DNA of 63,716 bases, counting the filler, from Cercozoa sp. M6MM (taxonomy: Eukaryota > Protista > Endomyxa: Ascetosporea): the NCBI GenBank assembly GCA_040357565.1. It is 9 parts of 9 records of this genome, joined end to end, with 100 filler letters (N's around TTAATTAATTAA, not from the genome) between each part and the next. Parts side by side here need not be neighbours in the genome. Positions count along the whole stretch, not along the records: positions 23,746 to 40,981 come from JBDODJ010000265.1; positions 41,082 to 54,011 come from JBDODJ010000369.1; 7 more parts are not named here. One strand, given 5' to 3'. Both the position numbers and the translations under genes were made by a program. Below, piece after piece: positions 28,426 through 45,169 of this stretch. Positions within the stretch are counted from its first letter, which is position 1. The number at the start of each line of letters is the position of its first letter. The notes below the pieces were generated by a model. It saw only the letters and a list, made by a program, of their open reading frames with translations. It was not told where the DNA came from and did not search any database.

Positions 28426-30257
28426 ATGTTAGGACCAAGGAAGACATTGCTCACTACGCGTTTGGCTAAATGCGACTCTGTTCTGGGTAAATCGAAAAGC
28501 ACTGCCCCACTCTCGCAGAAGATCAAGCTGTGATTTTAAATTAATTCACGACAGTGCTGGCCGGAAATTCGAGTTGCAGTACGAGTTTCAAAGGTACTCT
28601 TTGCTGCGCTCGACTGGAGGTGCACGAACGTGCTTCACTGATGCAGCAAGGGATTGGCAGAGCACACGAAGCGACGAGTTCGTGCGGTCTTGCTTCGTCA
28701 CAAAAGTACGGTGGTGATTTTACATCGTCTTAGATGTATGACGGATTTATGACGAAAACTGCATTGTAATCTCAAACCCTTCCTAAAAACAGCCGGAGCA
28801 AAGAGGACATCTCCCCGCGGCGAGAGCTGTTCGTCGCTGGCAGCACACACTGACGCTGCCGCCACTATCTGACTGCCTGCACAGAGTGAGTGGATGAGTA
28901 CAAGGCCTGACTTTCTTTTATTGCATCCAATGCTTGCGTAGCATGAGCTGTTACGTTCGCTTCATGAGTATTGCATCACGAGGCGAGACGGCTTTTGTGT
29001 GTAGGCATTCGGTTGCAATTTTGTCCCAATGTGTTCACCACCGTTTTTCGTCTGTCTCTGTTCAGCTTCACTGACGCATTGTCTGAGTACATGCGGAGGG
29101 TAGCGTCACTCGATATTACTTTGCATGTGTAATTCAGTGAGTGGTCGTGATTGTCGAGTGCAGCATGGACTGTTTGGTGCATTTACACTGACGGATTCTG
29201 CCGAGAGTCTTCTGGTGTGTTCAATTTGGCTTCTTGTTCAATGCTGCCCTGAGTTTTTTTGTGTGTGAAGCGACTCGCTCCGACGCTGGAAGACGCGCAC
29301 TTGTGCCGGTTCGACACAGTGGCGCACGTAAGTTTTGTTTAGTACTGTAGACAGAACATCATCTGACTGTCGTATGCGATACGTGGATTCAAACTGGCAG
29401 CGCTGTGAGGCATTCGACAGCACTCTGGACGACGGCAAAGCTTCCAACCGGAACGAGCTGCGACGTCGCATGGCTTTGCAGCGGCCCATTCGTTCATCGT
29501 ACTCGTGTTGCATTGTTTCTCACCTGAGATGTATGCAAAGCAGCGTGTTGTACTGTAGGCACGATCAACTAAAGTGCGACACTTGTGGTGCACGCTTGCA
29601 GGCACAGTGGCTAACGACCCGACAGCGAATGGACGCCGCACACCGAGACGCTGGCATGTATGACTACTACAGTTCGGTTTCTCCAGTCTATCGTATAGCA
29701 CTATTCAACTGCAATGCAGCAAAGACTCGGAAGTGGAGAGAATGCGTAGGGGCAGCGATACTCTGGGCTCCGTGTTCAGCTCCACTTTGATCAAGCACGC
29801 CTCCAAGTACGGTAATTCACTTGCAAATTGAAAGAAACTCAGCTCCGTTGAAACTTGAAAGTTGAATTCAACTTGAGTGAAATGGAAGTTAGCTCATTTT
29901 GAACTGCTGATCGCAGGCAGAAACCTCGCGATAATCGATCTCGGCGGCGATTTCGCCGAGGTGGTGCATCGCCTTCAGTCCTCCTGGGTCCAACAGCACC
30001 CGAACCACGTGCCTATGTACCTGCGATTCGCTCCAAACAGAGCTTTCGACGAGTCAGCGAGTCGGTAAACAGTTATGTCACGTTTGAGCCGCTGTCTGAA
30101 TGTGTTTGCGTGTAGTCCCACCGCACCATTTTTGCAAGAAGTGCAGCCTGGGTCAGACGAGTTCGTAATCACCGTTCCGTGGACGCATGCTGCCATTACG
30201 AAAGAGCTGTGCCAGGTGCTAGCTTTGGCAGCAGTCCCCCCTCTAAAAACGGCCTGA
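28426..30257 (+). CDS. Hypothetical protein, many short exons
   Basis: Regular GT-AG exon chain ending EFVITVPWTHAAITKELCQVLALAAVPPLKTA*. Start uncertain. Confidence 0.5.
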
Positions 30258-30369
30258 TCACAGATTGTTCGATATTTTTTTATCAACCAACATGAAAGTT
30301 CTAATAATTGAAAGAGTGAGGACTCGAACTTTTGTCACTGTTCCTGTGCTTATTCGATCTAACAATACC

Positions 30370-31476
30370 ATGGGTGAGCACGTATGGTATCTTTCTTACG
30401 GCAGCAACCTGGTAAGATTTCTCCGACCGTCGGTCGATCCGTGGTTTTTGAGTTTTACTTCAGTCGATGGCGCGCTTTCTTTGTTACATCAAAGGCGGGC
30501 GCCCGCACGGAGGTCAGCGGATCTGCGCAGGGGCTAGCGACGACTCAGAGCCGCTTCGATCGGTATCTTGGGTCTACACGGTTTTTGGACTGAGACTGTG
30601 ACACTGCGTGTTGTTTCCGCAGTTGGGACTCGTAGTTCGCAACATGCGAATGTACTATGCACGTCGCTCTACCACGTGGCAGTAAAATTTACGATGCATG
30701 ACACATGTACATTGAAGCATGATCATTTTTTACAATGCTACCGGTGTTTTTAGAGAAGGAGGAGTGTGCTTTGTCGATGGCACAATTGGCGATAGCGAGG
30801 TTTCTCTACACACGAGTCTCCCCGAAGATGTCGTCACCGATCTGCATTGCGTAAATTCAGTTTTATTAGGTCAAGTCGGTTTATGTTGCCGCTATAGAAA
30901 ATCCATGATGAGATGAAATGTGTGCCGATACAGACACTGGCACGTGCGCACTTGATCACGATCGATCAGTTCGTGGACGTGGTTCGACAGGAGAACCACA
31001 GGGCGTAAGATTCTTTAAAATTTTGTTGCCCAAATTAACTCTTCGTAGGTAAAATTTTACTCCTGCGGTGTTTGCAGTCAGTTCTTTGACGTCGATGCAC
31101 TGCACGGCGTCGTCAAAGGCGACCTCACCGAAGCTACGGTGGTGCCCAACTCGTGGTACGGCCGAGTGATCAATCTCGGGAGCTTTGATGGCAATCCTGT
31201 TGTCACCTTCACCTGTATCACGCACGACGAGGAGCACCGACCGCCTTCGGCCCAATATGTGTCCACCATCGCGAGAGGTATTCGTGAGGTACTGTCTCCC
31301 TCCAGACTGTACCTTTTGTACATTTGTCAGTGTACAATGTAATTGACTTAAATGTTCGACAGGTGTTCCCGACAATGGACGTGCCGGACGTCTTAGAGTA
31401 CCTCACGAGGAGAACACCACACCGCGACTCGGTCGATATTGATGCCGCGTACGGCCTGCTCCGCGAGGAGGCCTGA
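30370..31476 (+). CDS. Gamma-glutamylcyclotransferase-fold protein (VWYxSYGSN family)
   Basis: MGEHVWYLSYGSNLSMARFLCYIKGG; GGVCFVD; RAHLITIDQFVDVVRQEN; WYGRVINLGSFDGNPVVTFT; PPSAQYVSTIARGIRE. Confidence 0.75.
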
Positions 31477-31697
31477 CCTGACTCGACTCATTGAACTGTA
31501 TGTCGGTCGCGTCGGGTCGGAGCACTGTTCTACGGATCATGAGTGAGTAAACGTCGTGCCATGCCGTGCCCCTGTGTACAGTAGTTGCACGGATACGCTA
31601 CTGTATGACTCTGACATAAATCAAAACGAAAGCTCGGATCACAACCAGACCGAATTCGACCGACTGGTACAAGCGAAACGGTGCATTTGAGGCGGAC

Positions 31698-34787
<3,090 letters not shown>

Positions 34788-35237
34788 TGGCGAACTCAGG
34801 AACAGAACAACTGCTGGCGAGAACAAAGCAAAAAACACAAGACACTGCAATGGCCTAGTTGATGCCACTCGGTCTGTAATGGTTGCGCAAGCGCGTGGAG
34901 TGCAGTGTACTGTACTGTCCAAGTGCGCAGGGCAGGCTGCGGCGACGCGTCACTGCAAAAAAAGCTAGTCTGCCCCTGCGTTTGTGGCCCAGCGTTGTTT
35001 GTACGCTCTATTTTACACTTTAATGCATTATAAACTGAGTTTTAACTAGTTGGATTACGCTAAACTAACTTGTTGTAGGAATCGAGTTCGAGTCATCTCC
35101 CCGCCCCCTCCCGCCCCCCAGTGGCTTTGCGCTAAAGTTACACTAAGCTGAAGTGAACTAAGAAACCGAGCCTACAATAAGTGACCGCCGAACCGACTGG
35201 TCGACGTTTGGCAGTGCAGTGGCAGGCTGCCTGTGGA

Positions 35238-35972
35238 TCATTGGGAATCGGCACTTTCAGCAGCTCCACCCTCTGTCGTCGTAGCGGCATCGTGACCACC
35301 GCCACTCTGTGCTCCCTTCTGTGCACAGAAGAAAGCGAGCATTACCGACTTCTAGGTTCCCTTTCCTGGCAGCAGGACAGGAGTACCGGTGTTCGCGTGA
35401 AAGAAGGGTCGGCAGCGCCACAAAGGCCGCACATGAACTTGCGAAATCTCTCGGCGTACAGTGACGGAGGCACTGCTGAGAAGGTCTGTGTTCACGGAGA
35501 CACACCGTTTTGAGATGAGATGGGTGGGTTCTATGAACTGCAAAGTCAAGCGAGTACCTGCATGTCAGCAACGACGCTGCGGCCCATGGTCTCCAGGGTT
35601 TTTCTCGCATTGTACTTTTGCAGAATGTCAATAATACCGACATAGTCTACACTCACACAGCACATACATATACACACAATAAAGGTATGTAGATACAAGG
35701 TACAGATCTCGACGTGAGGCGCACCGTCCTGTCGGTAGGAAGGAACGCCGCCGTGGTACTGCTGGAACACTGAGCGACGACCGTAGGACGGCTTGACGTC
35801 CAGTTCCGGCGTCTCGGTGATCATGTCTGAGCAGTCAAGTCAAGACTAGTTAATGAGCACAGACAGACACAGACACAGACACAGACACAGACACAGACAC
35901 AGACACAGACACAGACACAGACACAGACACAGACACAGACACAGACACAGACACAGACACAGACGCAGACGC

Positions 35973-36023
<51 letters not shown>

Positions 36024-36033
36024 NNNNNNNNNN

Positions 36034-36089
<56 letters not shown>

Positions 36090-38722
36090 GTGAGTGTGTG
36101 TGTGTGCTTGCTACCTGTGTTCATTCGGAGGTACGAGATGCCAAGCAGGAAGCTGTAGTCCATGATGTCATTGTCCGAGAGCCATCGCGCGTCGCTGAGT
36201 AGCTGCGCCATTCTGATACAAACACAGAGTGTTCCAAGTACTCAGGAGGAAGAGATAGGAAGAGAGAGAGAGAGAGTGGGTACAAGGCAGCGCGCATAGG
36301 CGGCGCTAACCGCATCTGAAAGTCGCCGACATCGTTGTCCTTGAGGATGACGCGGCCCTCGCTCTTCTTGTCGGCGCTGCCAGTGCGGCCCTTGGTACTG
36401 CCTTTGAGGTCATACACCAGCTGCACGGGCAGGTGCGTGTCCAGACAGTTGTTCATCAGCACGACGTAGGCATCGCCCGAGTCGCCGCCACTCAGCAACT
36501 GTTCAGTCAGTCAGTCGTATACTGGAGGAGGGCGGATACTAGATCGAAACAACATATTTACCCGAACACGGTAGAGTCCGTAGAAGCGACAAAGCAACGA
36601 GTCCGGATAGCGTGCCATGTGATCAAAGTAATTAGGCAGCATCTCTCTCTGTATGCGCAGTCCAAGACAGTAATATCTCTCGTTCAGATTGAGAAGGGTA
36701 CAACATAGCATAACGCACCAAGTACTTGCTTTCGCCTTTCGTGATGCGTTTCAGAACGACTCGCCGGTCCGCGCTGAAGCAGAAGAATGCATTGCTCTTG
36801 CCTGAGTACAAGAAAAACACCAAATATATATATATACGTACATACATATAGAATAGCGAACCGGCAGTGTCCTCGACCGAGAGCGGGTCGCCGCACACTG
36901 CCTCCAGCAGCGTCTGCCACGACACATCCCCTGCAACACACACACAAACACATCAAAGGATCTAAGGAGATATATATATATAGGAGAACGCATTGGCAGG
37001 CCTACATAGTGACCGCAGTCGCGCAAACACCGGCGAAGCGTACGACCGGAACTCGAAAGCAGCGCCTGTCGAGGCATGCACCAGTGTCTGTTTCCACCTA
37101 CACAAAAAACACATGAGTGACACTACAGGCACACACAAATACACACACACATAGACTGGTTGGAAGTTAGGAGGACAAGCGTACTTGAAGCCAAATGCAA
37201 GTCGGTCTTCGTCCGGTGACGACAACGACACGGAGCCACCTGCTGCCGACTCGCTTTCCCTGTGGACACATATGCATAAACTCAGTCCACTAGTGTACAA
37301 GCGTCTCTGTGTTTGTATGCACAGCTAGTAGTACACAGAGGAACTGGACGAAAAGGATGACACGCGACGGTGTCCTCGTTTTGTCTGTGCTTTCGGTACT
37401 CCCAGTCTACAGACAGTGGCACATGCAGATCGATATACCAATTAAATACCAATTAAAAGTAAAAACGCTACGAGACAGACTCGCCGCCTCTTCGCGTGAA
37501 CAGACCGGCGTTTCTCCTGTGAATAAGTTCGAGCAGTAGAGTCATTACCACACATAGAGGGATAGGCTAACATACTCATCGTCAAGAACACGGAGAGGCA
37601 TGTCGAGATCGCCCCATTTCACCTGGCATAGAAACAACGCATGCGCGCAGCAAAGAGCTGTGTTTCGCCAAACTCACCTGTTCCACCGCTGTTTGTCGCA
37701 AATAATCGTTCAAGCCCAGTTGCTGTCCAAGAAAGCGCACAAAATACTCGTGCAAACATCGTCCATTGACACGATCAGTTCAAAGCTCGTTTACAACTGC
37801 CTCCGCGAGAATTGTCCGCGCCGAAGCGCCGCTTGAACGCGTTGATCGAGTGAATAGCGACCGTCCTAGCCGAACAGCGAAACTCCGCCGCTGCCTGCTC
37901 AGGCAAACACAACCTTCGGTATCAACTGCAGTGATCACCACGTGGACGGTGTCAAGTCACCTTGGATTTGGCGATACGACGGCCTCTTTATGTGAGGGCT
38001 CCATTCTGTGCACGCTCTTCAGCCAAAAGACTGCAAGAGAGCACTCAGCACTATGCACACTGCCCAGAGCTCGCTGTGAGGAGCCGTTTTGACAAAAAAA
38101 AACACCCCCTTAATTACCAATCAGCTCGTGTAACGTTTCTGCCAATGTTGGCCAATCAGCCGCGATCAGTCTCGCGATCAGCCCTGGGCTGCTTCGCGAG
38201 AAGTACAAGTAAACCTTGGGTAAAACAAAACATAGCCGAAACTTGTTCACGCTACTCGGGAGCAGCGTCATGGTTTTCCGTGTCAGCACTCGAAGCTGTG
38301 ACGGTGCGACTGCGACCACGACTGCGACTGCCAGTGCTTTCGGCCTCCTCTGGCACTTCATCGCCCACATAGTCGTGGATAAAGCCCGCCCTCTCTGCTC
38401 TCTGTGAACACGGAGTAGGCACTTTGGCACAGAGTGTTGCCAAACTTAACACACCTGAAGAGGATTGGATGCCTTCAACAGGACTGCGCCAAGAGCCAGT
38501 GCGAGCGTTGCAAATAAGCCGATGCTGGAGGGACAAATATCGACCAAAGTATATCTATGTCCGGGAGTGCATGCAAAATGAACTTACGTCGCTCCTGTGA
38601 TGTGTGACATTCCAGCGTAGTGGAATCTTCGTCTGGAGGCAAACAGCCTTAAACTCATAGCAGTCGGTACAGTGAGGGACAGAGTACTTTGGAACGGGCG
38701 GCTGCTGAGTCATTTTCGCCAT
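35238..38722 (-). CDS. Phosphatidylinositol-phosphate kinase (PIP5K family) with long N-terminal extension
   Basis: FEFRSYASPVFARLR; GKSNAFFCFSADRRVVLK; SLLCRFYGLY; YDLKGS; LKDND; IMDYSFLLG; YVGIIDILQKY. Start approximate. Confidence 0.92.
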
Positions 38723-39106
38723 CTAGAGCAAAAGACAATTTTCGGAACTAAAAGGGATCATGATTTCAGTTGAGAATCGACAACACAGTCTACCATACGG
38801 CGCCAAGCTGACTTTGGCATTCTCTAAACCAGCTAAGTTGCTTCTCCTTCACCTGAGCGATTTAAGTTTGCGACAGACAGGGTTGTTTGCTTGTAAATAC
38901 AAAACCCGTCTGCGGCCTGCGGTTGGCAGCAGGCATCAAACAACAACTGCACAAAATTAAATACTACAAAAAAAAAACTGACCTTGACAGAATAAACACA
39001 TAAAGTGCGTTGTTTTAGAGGCAAGTAGGCACGAGCGGCAGGTATTTTGTTGTAGCACACGTAAGCGCTGGTTTGAACTTAGATCCAGGGAGTGACCGTA
39101 AATAAA

Positions 39107-40188
39107 TGAGGCTGTGTCCAGGGACATGGCACGTGCTGAAAGGGAGGCCGTCTCCCAGCGCGCCGAACGTGTGTGTCGCGAGGTCGTGTTGGCAGTGCCG
39201 TGTAATATGACACATATCTTGTTTGCACCGTGTTGGTGCGAGAGGGTATATTTGCCTCGGGTGAGCCTCATGTGTGTCCGAGAGGACTTGCAGTTTTCGA
39301 GCATTAAAATTGGGAAAGGGGCAATAAACCAGCTGCACTGCACCTGAGGCGCCAATTAGCTTGTTTATCTGTGTCTTGGCCGTGTGATGCTTGTGTTCCA
39401 ACACCATCACAAGGCACGAACACCGGACACCCAGATCCTCGATTTGCACACCTCTCGCACACCACGAAAGATTAAGGTTAACGTTTCCTGTTGCGCAGTT
39501 CTCCTCGTACTCGGTCTGCTGGGCCTCGTATGGTACCACTCGTGTATTTGATAATCTCGTGCATCCGCGCGGACGCGTGTGTGTGTATGTGTGTAGGTAC
39601 GCGGTGACCTTTGACGTGCGACGCGACTGGTGTCCACATGCACCGGTGCCATGTGCCCTGTACATAACGTTGTTCCACGTGCTGCTGCTGCTGTCGCTCA
39701 CTGCCTATGTACCATCGTCATTTGCATTAGTTCAGTGTGGTCTGGTTCTGTCCAGTCCTGTCCAGTCTGTCCAGTTTAGTCCAGTCCAGTCCAGTCTAGT
39801 CTGATACTTTGTACATGTGTATACCTGCAGGTGCGGTGCGTGTTCACTGCGAATGGCGTCGGCTACTGGCGGCGTTTTCTGTCGCCAGCGACACTGAATC
39901 AGGTGCTTGTGCCTGTGTGTGTCTGTGTGTCTGTGTCTGTGTCTGTGTGTCTGTGTCTGTGTCTGTGTCTGTGTCTGTGTGTCTGTGTGTCTGTGTCTGT
40001 GTCTGTGTCTGTGTCTGTGTGTCTATGTTATTGAGGGATCTAAACCTATGTGTGTGCTCCTGTGCCCTAGGTGGAAACCTCGCAGTGTCACTCGTGTCGC
40101 ACTGAGCGACCGGCGCGCGCGCATCACTGTTCGGTGTGCAACGAGTGCGTTCTCAAGGTACAGCCATCTTCCTGTGCTGCTATTGCAG

Positions 40189-40239
<51 letters not shown>

Positions 40240-40249
40240 NNNNNNNNNN

Positions 40250-40302
<53 letters not shown>

Positions 40303-40837
40303 CTTTAGATGGATCACCACTGCGTGTGGGTCTGCAACTGCGTGGGCTACCACAACTACAAGTACTTTTGTCTTTTTGTGTTCTACACGGCCGTCGGTGC
40401 CTGGCTCGCCGTGCTGGGCTGCGTGCTACAGATGCTCGGCTGGCTCTCCTCGGGTACCTACTCTACCCCCCTACCGTGTCCCTATCCTATCCTGCCCTAC
40501 TCTACCCGACCCGACCCTACCCTACCCTACCCTACCCGATCCCGCCCTATTCTATCTTGTCCTATCCTCTCCTCTCATGCCACACCTAGAGAGCGACGGC
40601 AGGCAGAGTGGGCCCGTGTTTGGTGCACTCATTCTGTGTCTTTCGTTCGGCACCGCGCTCACCGGTTTCTCGGCCTTCCATCTGCACCTGGCGCGACGCA
40701 ATAAGGTGCACTCATCGCAGCTGCAGCAGACGGACTAAGGTTAGGTATCTGGTTTTTTTATCGTGTGCTGCCTGCACAGACAACGCTCGAGTTTGCCGTG
40801 TTTCACAACTCGGAACCGTACGATCTAGGACGTCCAG
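39107..40837 (+). CDS. DHHC palmitoyltransferase; truncated by gap
   Basis: [44 protein letters not shown]; TTLE motif; flanking TM helices. Start uncertain. Confidence 0.95.
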
Positions 40838-40929
40838 GTAGCTCCTTGCCCTCTCCTCTATGTGTGTTTGTGTGTCTGTGTCTGTGTGTCTGTGTCTGTG
40901 TGTCTGTGTCTGTGTCTGTGTCTGTGTCT

Positions 40930-40981
<52 letters not shown>

Positions 40982-41198
40982 NNNNNNNNNNNNNNNNNNN
41001 NNNNNNNNNNNNNNNNNNNNNNNNNTTAATTAATTAANNNNNNNNNNNNNNNNNNNNNNNNNNNNNNNNNNNNNNNNNNNNTTTTTTTTTTGTATTTTTG
41101 CTTTGTTGTTCTTTACAGCTGTTGTTGTTCTTTGCAGCTGTTTGTTGTTTTTTAAAGCTGTTGTTGTTTTTTTCATACTCGGAGTTTGATTGAAACAG

Positions 41199-44100
41199 GT
41201 GCGTCGACACTCATCGAAACACAGTGTCGATTCAGCGACGTATTGAGGTGCGTTGTCGTTTTACCCCCTGTTTACCCCCTATTTACCCCCTTTTACCCCC
41301 TGTTTACCCCCCTGTTTACCCCCCTGTTTTACCCCCCCCCCGCGATAGAACTTGGTGGATTTCGTAACGTCGATGAAGCGAAAGAATCAGCGAGTTTTTG
41401 CGTTGGTGTTCGATGTGCTCGTATTTACCCCCCTGTTTACCCCCCTGTTTACCCCCCTATTTACCCCCTATTTACCCCCCCTATTCACCCCCCTATTTAC
41501 CCCTGTTGACCTCCTTGTTTACCCTCCCTATTTACCCCTGTTTACCTCCCTGTTTACCCCTCCGTTTACCCGCCCTGTTTACCCCCCCCCCCCCGTGAAA
41601 TGGTTCAGGCGTTCTTGCGCGCAAAGTTCGCGGCGCAGCTGACGTCGTTTCGCGATAAAAGCAACGTTTCGCTGGTAGACACAAATACGGTAAGGGGGGG
41701 GGGGGGGGAAAAAGGGGGGAAAATCCAAACGTTGGCAGCAAGAAAAATTCGCGCAAATTCGAAATGCCGCTTTCGTCGCGAGCGTACGTTTTGTTGTTGT
41801 TGTTGTTTTTTTGCTTTTGTTGTTGTTTTTTGCTTTTGTTGTTGTTTTTGTTGTTATTTTTTGTTGTTGTTTTGTTGTTGTTTTTAGTTGTTGTTGTGGT
41901 TTTTTGTTGTTGTTTTTTGTTTTGTTGTTGTTTTTTTGTTGTTTTTAGTTGTTGTTTGTTGTTGTTGCTTGTTGTTTGTTGTTGTTGTTTTTTGTTGTTG
42001 TTTGTTGTTGTTCTGTCTGGTTCTTCGAAACTGAGTTGTTGTTTTTACAGGCGAGATTGGTCATGCTGGACGACACTGCCGACACTGCTGAGGTAGGAGA
42101 ATGGGTGAAGGGGTATGGGGGGGGTAAGGGGGGGTAAAACCTTCTATCACAGGTGAGCGAAGACAAGGCGGTGTTGCACTTTGCGATGCACGACGTCGCC
42201 ATCGTTTCTGCCTTCAGACTGAGTATACCCCCCTACTACCCTTCTACTACCTCGAAGCCCTTACCCCCCCCCGTAGACGAAACCGAGTGTCGTCTGATCA
42301 CTCGCACGCAGTTCGGTCGGCACGTGTGGCATTTCCGCACGGACGACCGAGTGACGCAGCAGCAGTCCGAGCAGCAGTCCGCGCGGACGAAAGACGGTCT
42401 CAGCGAACGCTTGCGAAAGGAAAGCGACGTCGCCGATGTCGTCGCAAGCGAAAGCGAAAGTGAAAGCGAAAGCGAAATTCGAAGCAGAAGCGAAATTCGA
42501 AGCAGAAGCGACAATCGAAGCGAAATTTCGAGCAAGGGCGAAAGCGAAAGCGAAATCGAAGCGAAGCAGGAGCCGCTGACCGAGAGCGATAGCGAAGAGG
42601 ACGCGCTGGCATCGTCGACGTCGCCGCAATCGGCGTCGCCGCATTACATGACGCTGTGCGACAAGGAGAGGTGCTCTTTCGCTCTCGCCTTGAGTTGAGT
42701 TTGAAGAGCTTTCAGTTGAGTTGAGTCGTGTTGAGTTGAGTTGGGTTGAGATAGCTTTGCTTTGGGTTGAAATAGCTTTGGTTGAAATAGCTTTGTTTCC
42801 TGTAAAAAAGAACTTTACTTTGAGTTGAAATAGCTTTGCTTTGAGTTGAGTTGAGTTGAGTTGGGTTGAGTTGAGTTGAGTTGAGTTGCTTGGCTTGACT
42901 GCAGCTGCTTTGGCGAGTTCGACGAGGAGATCACGGTGCCGCAGCAGAGTGCGAGCGTCGCTTGTGACTCGAACGAGCAGCGACGGCCGCTGCAGCGACT
43001 GACGCCGCACGATCCCGACCCTCCACGGGGTAGCGTTTTACCCCCCTGTTTACCCCCCTGTTTACCCCCTGTTTACCCCCCCCTCCCAGACGAAGTGGAG
43101 CAATTGGCGAACGTATGCGATGTGAAAGATGTCGCCGAATGCGCCAACACTGTTGTGGAGACTCCTGTAGTCTTACCCCCCTACCCCCTATAGCCCTTTA
43201 CCCCCCCCCCCCACGCGAGGACCCGGTGCTAAACTCGAGTGCGACGTCGACGCCGTGGCTACGATGTGTACCGTTTCTGAGTGTCTGTGTATGAACAAGC
43301 TTGACTACGGACAAGGTTGTCTGTAGGTACTGCGACACACACTGCAGACAATCGGCATGATCGCGCCGCTGCGCGAAAATTCGTCGAAATTGCGTCCGTT
43401 GTTTCTGCTGACTCCCGAGGACGGTTGCGTGCATTTATACCCCCCTGTTTACCCCCCTGTTTACCCCCGTGTTTACCCCCCGCGTTTACCCCCTCTGTTT
43501 ACCCCCCTGTTTACCCCCCTGCCATCTTGCAGACGCGAGCGAGCGCGAAAAGCGAAAGTTTGAAAAACGCTTCGCAGGCGCTTTGGCACTGCTGGATCAG
43601 AAACCGTGAGTTTTACCCCCCTGTTTACCCCCCCCCCTACCTCCCTGTGTTTACCCCTCGCCACGTTTGCCCTGTTTACCCTATTACCCCCTATTACCAC
43701 CCTACCCCTTTTACCCCCCTTACCCCCTCGTGTCTGATTTACCTCCACTTGCGGGAACAGCGATCGCACGCGGCACAAGATCGGCGTGGTTTTCGTTGCG
43801 CGCGGACAGCGGCACCAGGTGCCACTTGTTGTTGTTGTTGTTTTGTTGTTTTTTGTTGTTTTGTTGTTTGTTTTGTTGTTTTTTTGTTGTTAGTGTTGTC
43901 TTGTTGTTGTTGTTGTTGTTGTTTTCTTGTTGTTGTTTCTTGTGTTTGTTGTTGTTTTCTTGTTGTTGTTTTCTTGTTGTTTTCTTGTTGTCTTGTTGTC
44001 GTTGTTGTTTTCTTGTTGTTGTTGTTGTTGTTATTTTCGGAGTGGTGCGCGGAGGCAGAATGCGATTCTGAGCAACGAACGCGGCAGTCGAAAATTCGAG

Positions 44101-45003
44101 CGATTCGCACAACAACTCGGTACCTCCTTTACCCCCTACCCCCCTACCCCTTTACCCCTCGACCCCCCTTTCTGCAGGAAAGCAGCGCGACATCACGCGG
44201 TGGCGCGGTCCTGTCGCAGGCTGTACTTTTGGGCGCGGGCCGCGGGCCCTACCCCTTCTTACCCCCCCCCAGTGGACCGTCGGCAAGGCACGGGTCGACT
44301 GGTGCCGATCAATCGCACAGCGCAGCGTGATGTCGTGTTCCACGTGGCCACACGAATGCCGACCAAGTGGAACACGGTTCAGCAGGTGCACAAGAAACGA
44401 CACATCGGCAACGATCACGTCAATGTAGGCAGTTTACCCCCCTCCCTCCCGGGACCCCCCTTGTTTTACCCCCCCCCCCCAGGTGGTATGGTCGGAGCAC
44501 AGTCGAGACTACGTGAGGAACACAGTGAGCAGTTATTTCAACTTCGCCACCGTCGTCTTGTACCCGATCGGCGAGGCGAGATTCCGTGTTCAGGTAGGGC
44601 TACCCCCCCCCCTCGTACTCCTCTTTACTCCCCTCCCTTGGATAGATCCAGCTGAAGGAAGGCGTGCCAGAACGAGGTCCTCTCGTGGATGGAATGGTCG
44701 TGCATGAGCGGCATCTGCACCGACTTGGTAGTTTTACTTCCACCCCACCCTTTATCCTTTCCCCTATTCCACCCCCTTACCCCCCCGTGACAGTGAGCAT
44801 GACGGCACTCAATTTGGACATGGCGATTCGCGTCAACAGCGCTGCCGACGCTGGCGAGTATCTTGGCCTTATTATTACTCCTCTCTTCACCCCTAACCTC
44901 CTCTTGTAGTGTGCTGGACAAACGGCAACAGGAGCTGCGCAGCATTGTGCAAAAGTACGGCCGACGTGTCACGCACGGCGACGCTCTTCTCGCACTGTTC
45001 TAA
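41199..45003 (+). CDS. Rap/Ran-GAP domain protein, RalGAP-alpha/tuberin-like, 3' part
   Basis: VVFHVATRMP; KKRHIGNDHVNVVWSEHSRDY; VVLYPI; GPLVDGMVV; stop TAA 45001-45003. Confidence 0.9.
41260..41595 (+). repeat. Degenerate (TGTTTACCCCC)n intronic tracts; representative of a window-wide class
   Basis: Two adjacent RapGAP introns consist almost entirely of TTTAC followed by C-runs of variable length. Confidence 0.9.
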
Positions 45004-45169
45004 CGGACGCGAATTGGACCTACCTATGTTGTATTTTGTACTCGATTTTATTTGTACCTCACCTTTTAGGCGTATTTACGCCCGCGTCTCGTCTGTTAAT
45101 TTAGTACGTTGCGATAAGTAAGCCGATGTGCACGTGCCGCTCAGGGAAGATCTGGGCTGGACAGTTCGT

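Noticed and set aside
35045-35100. tRNA-like B-box GTTCGAGTC
   Set aside because: No T-stem or acceptor-stem pairing, so no cloverleaf.
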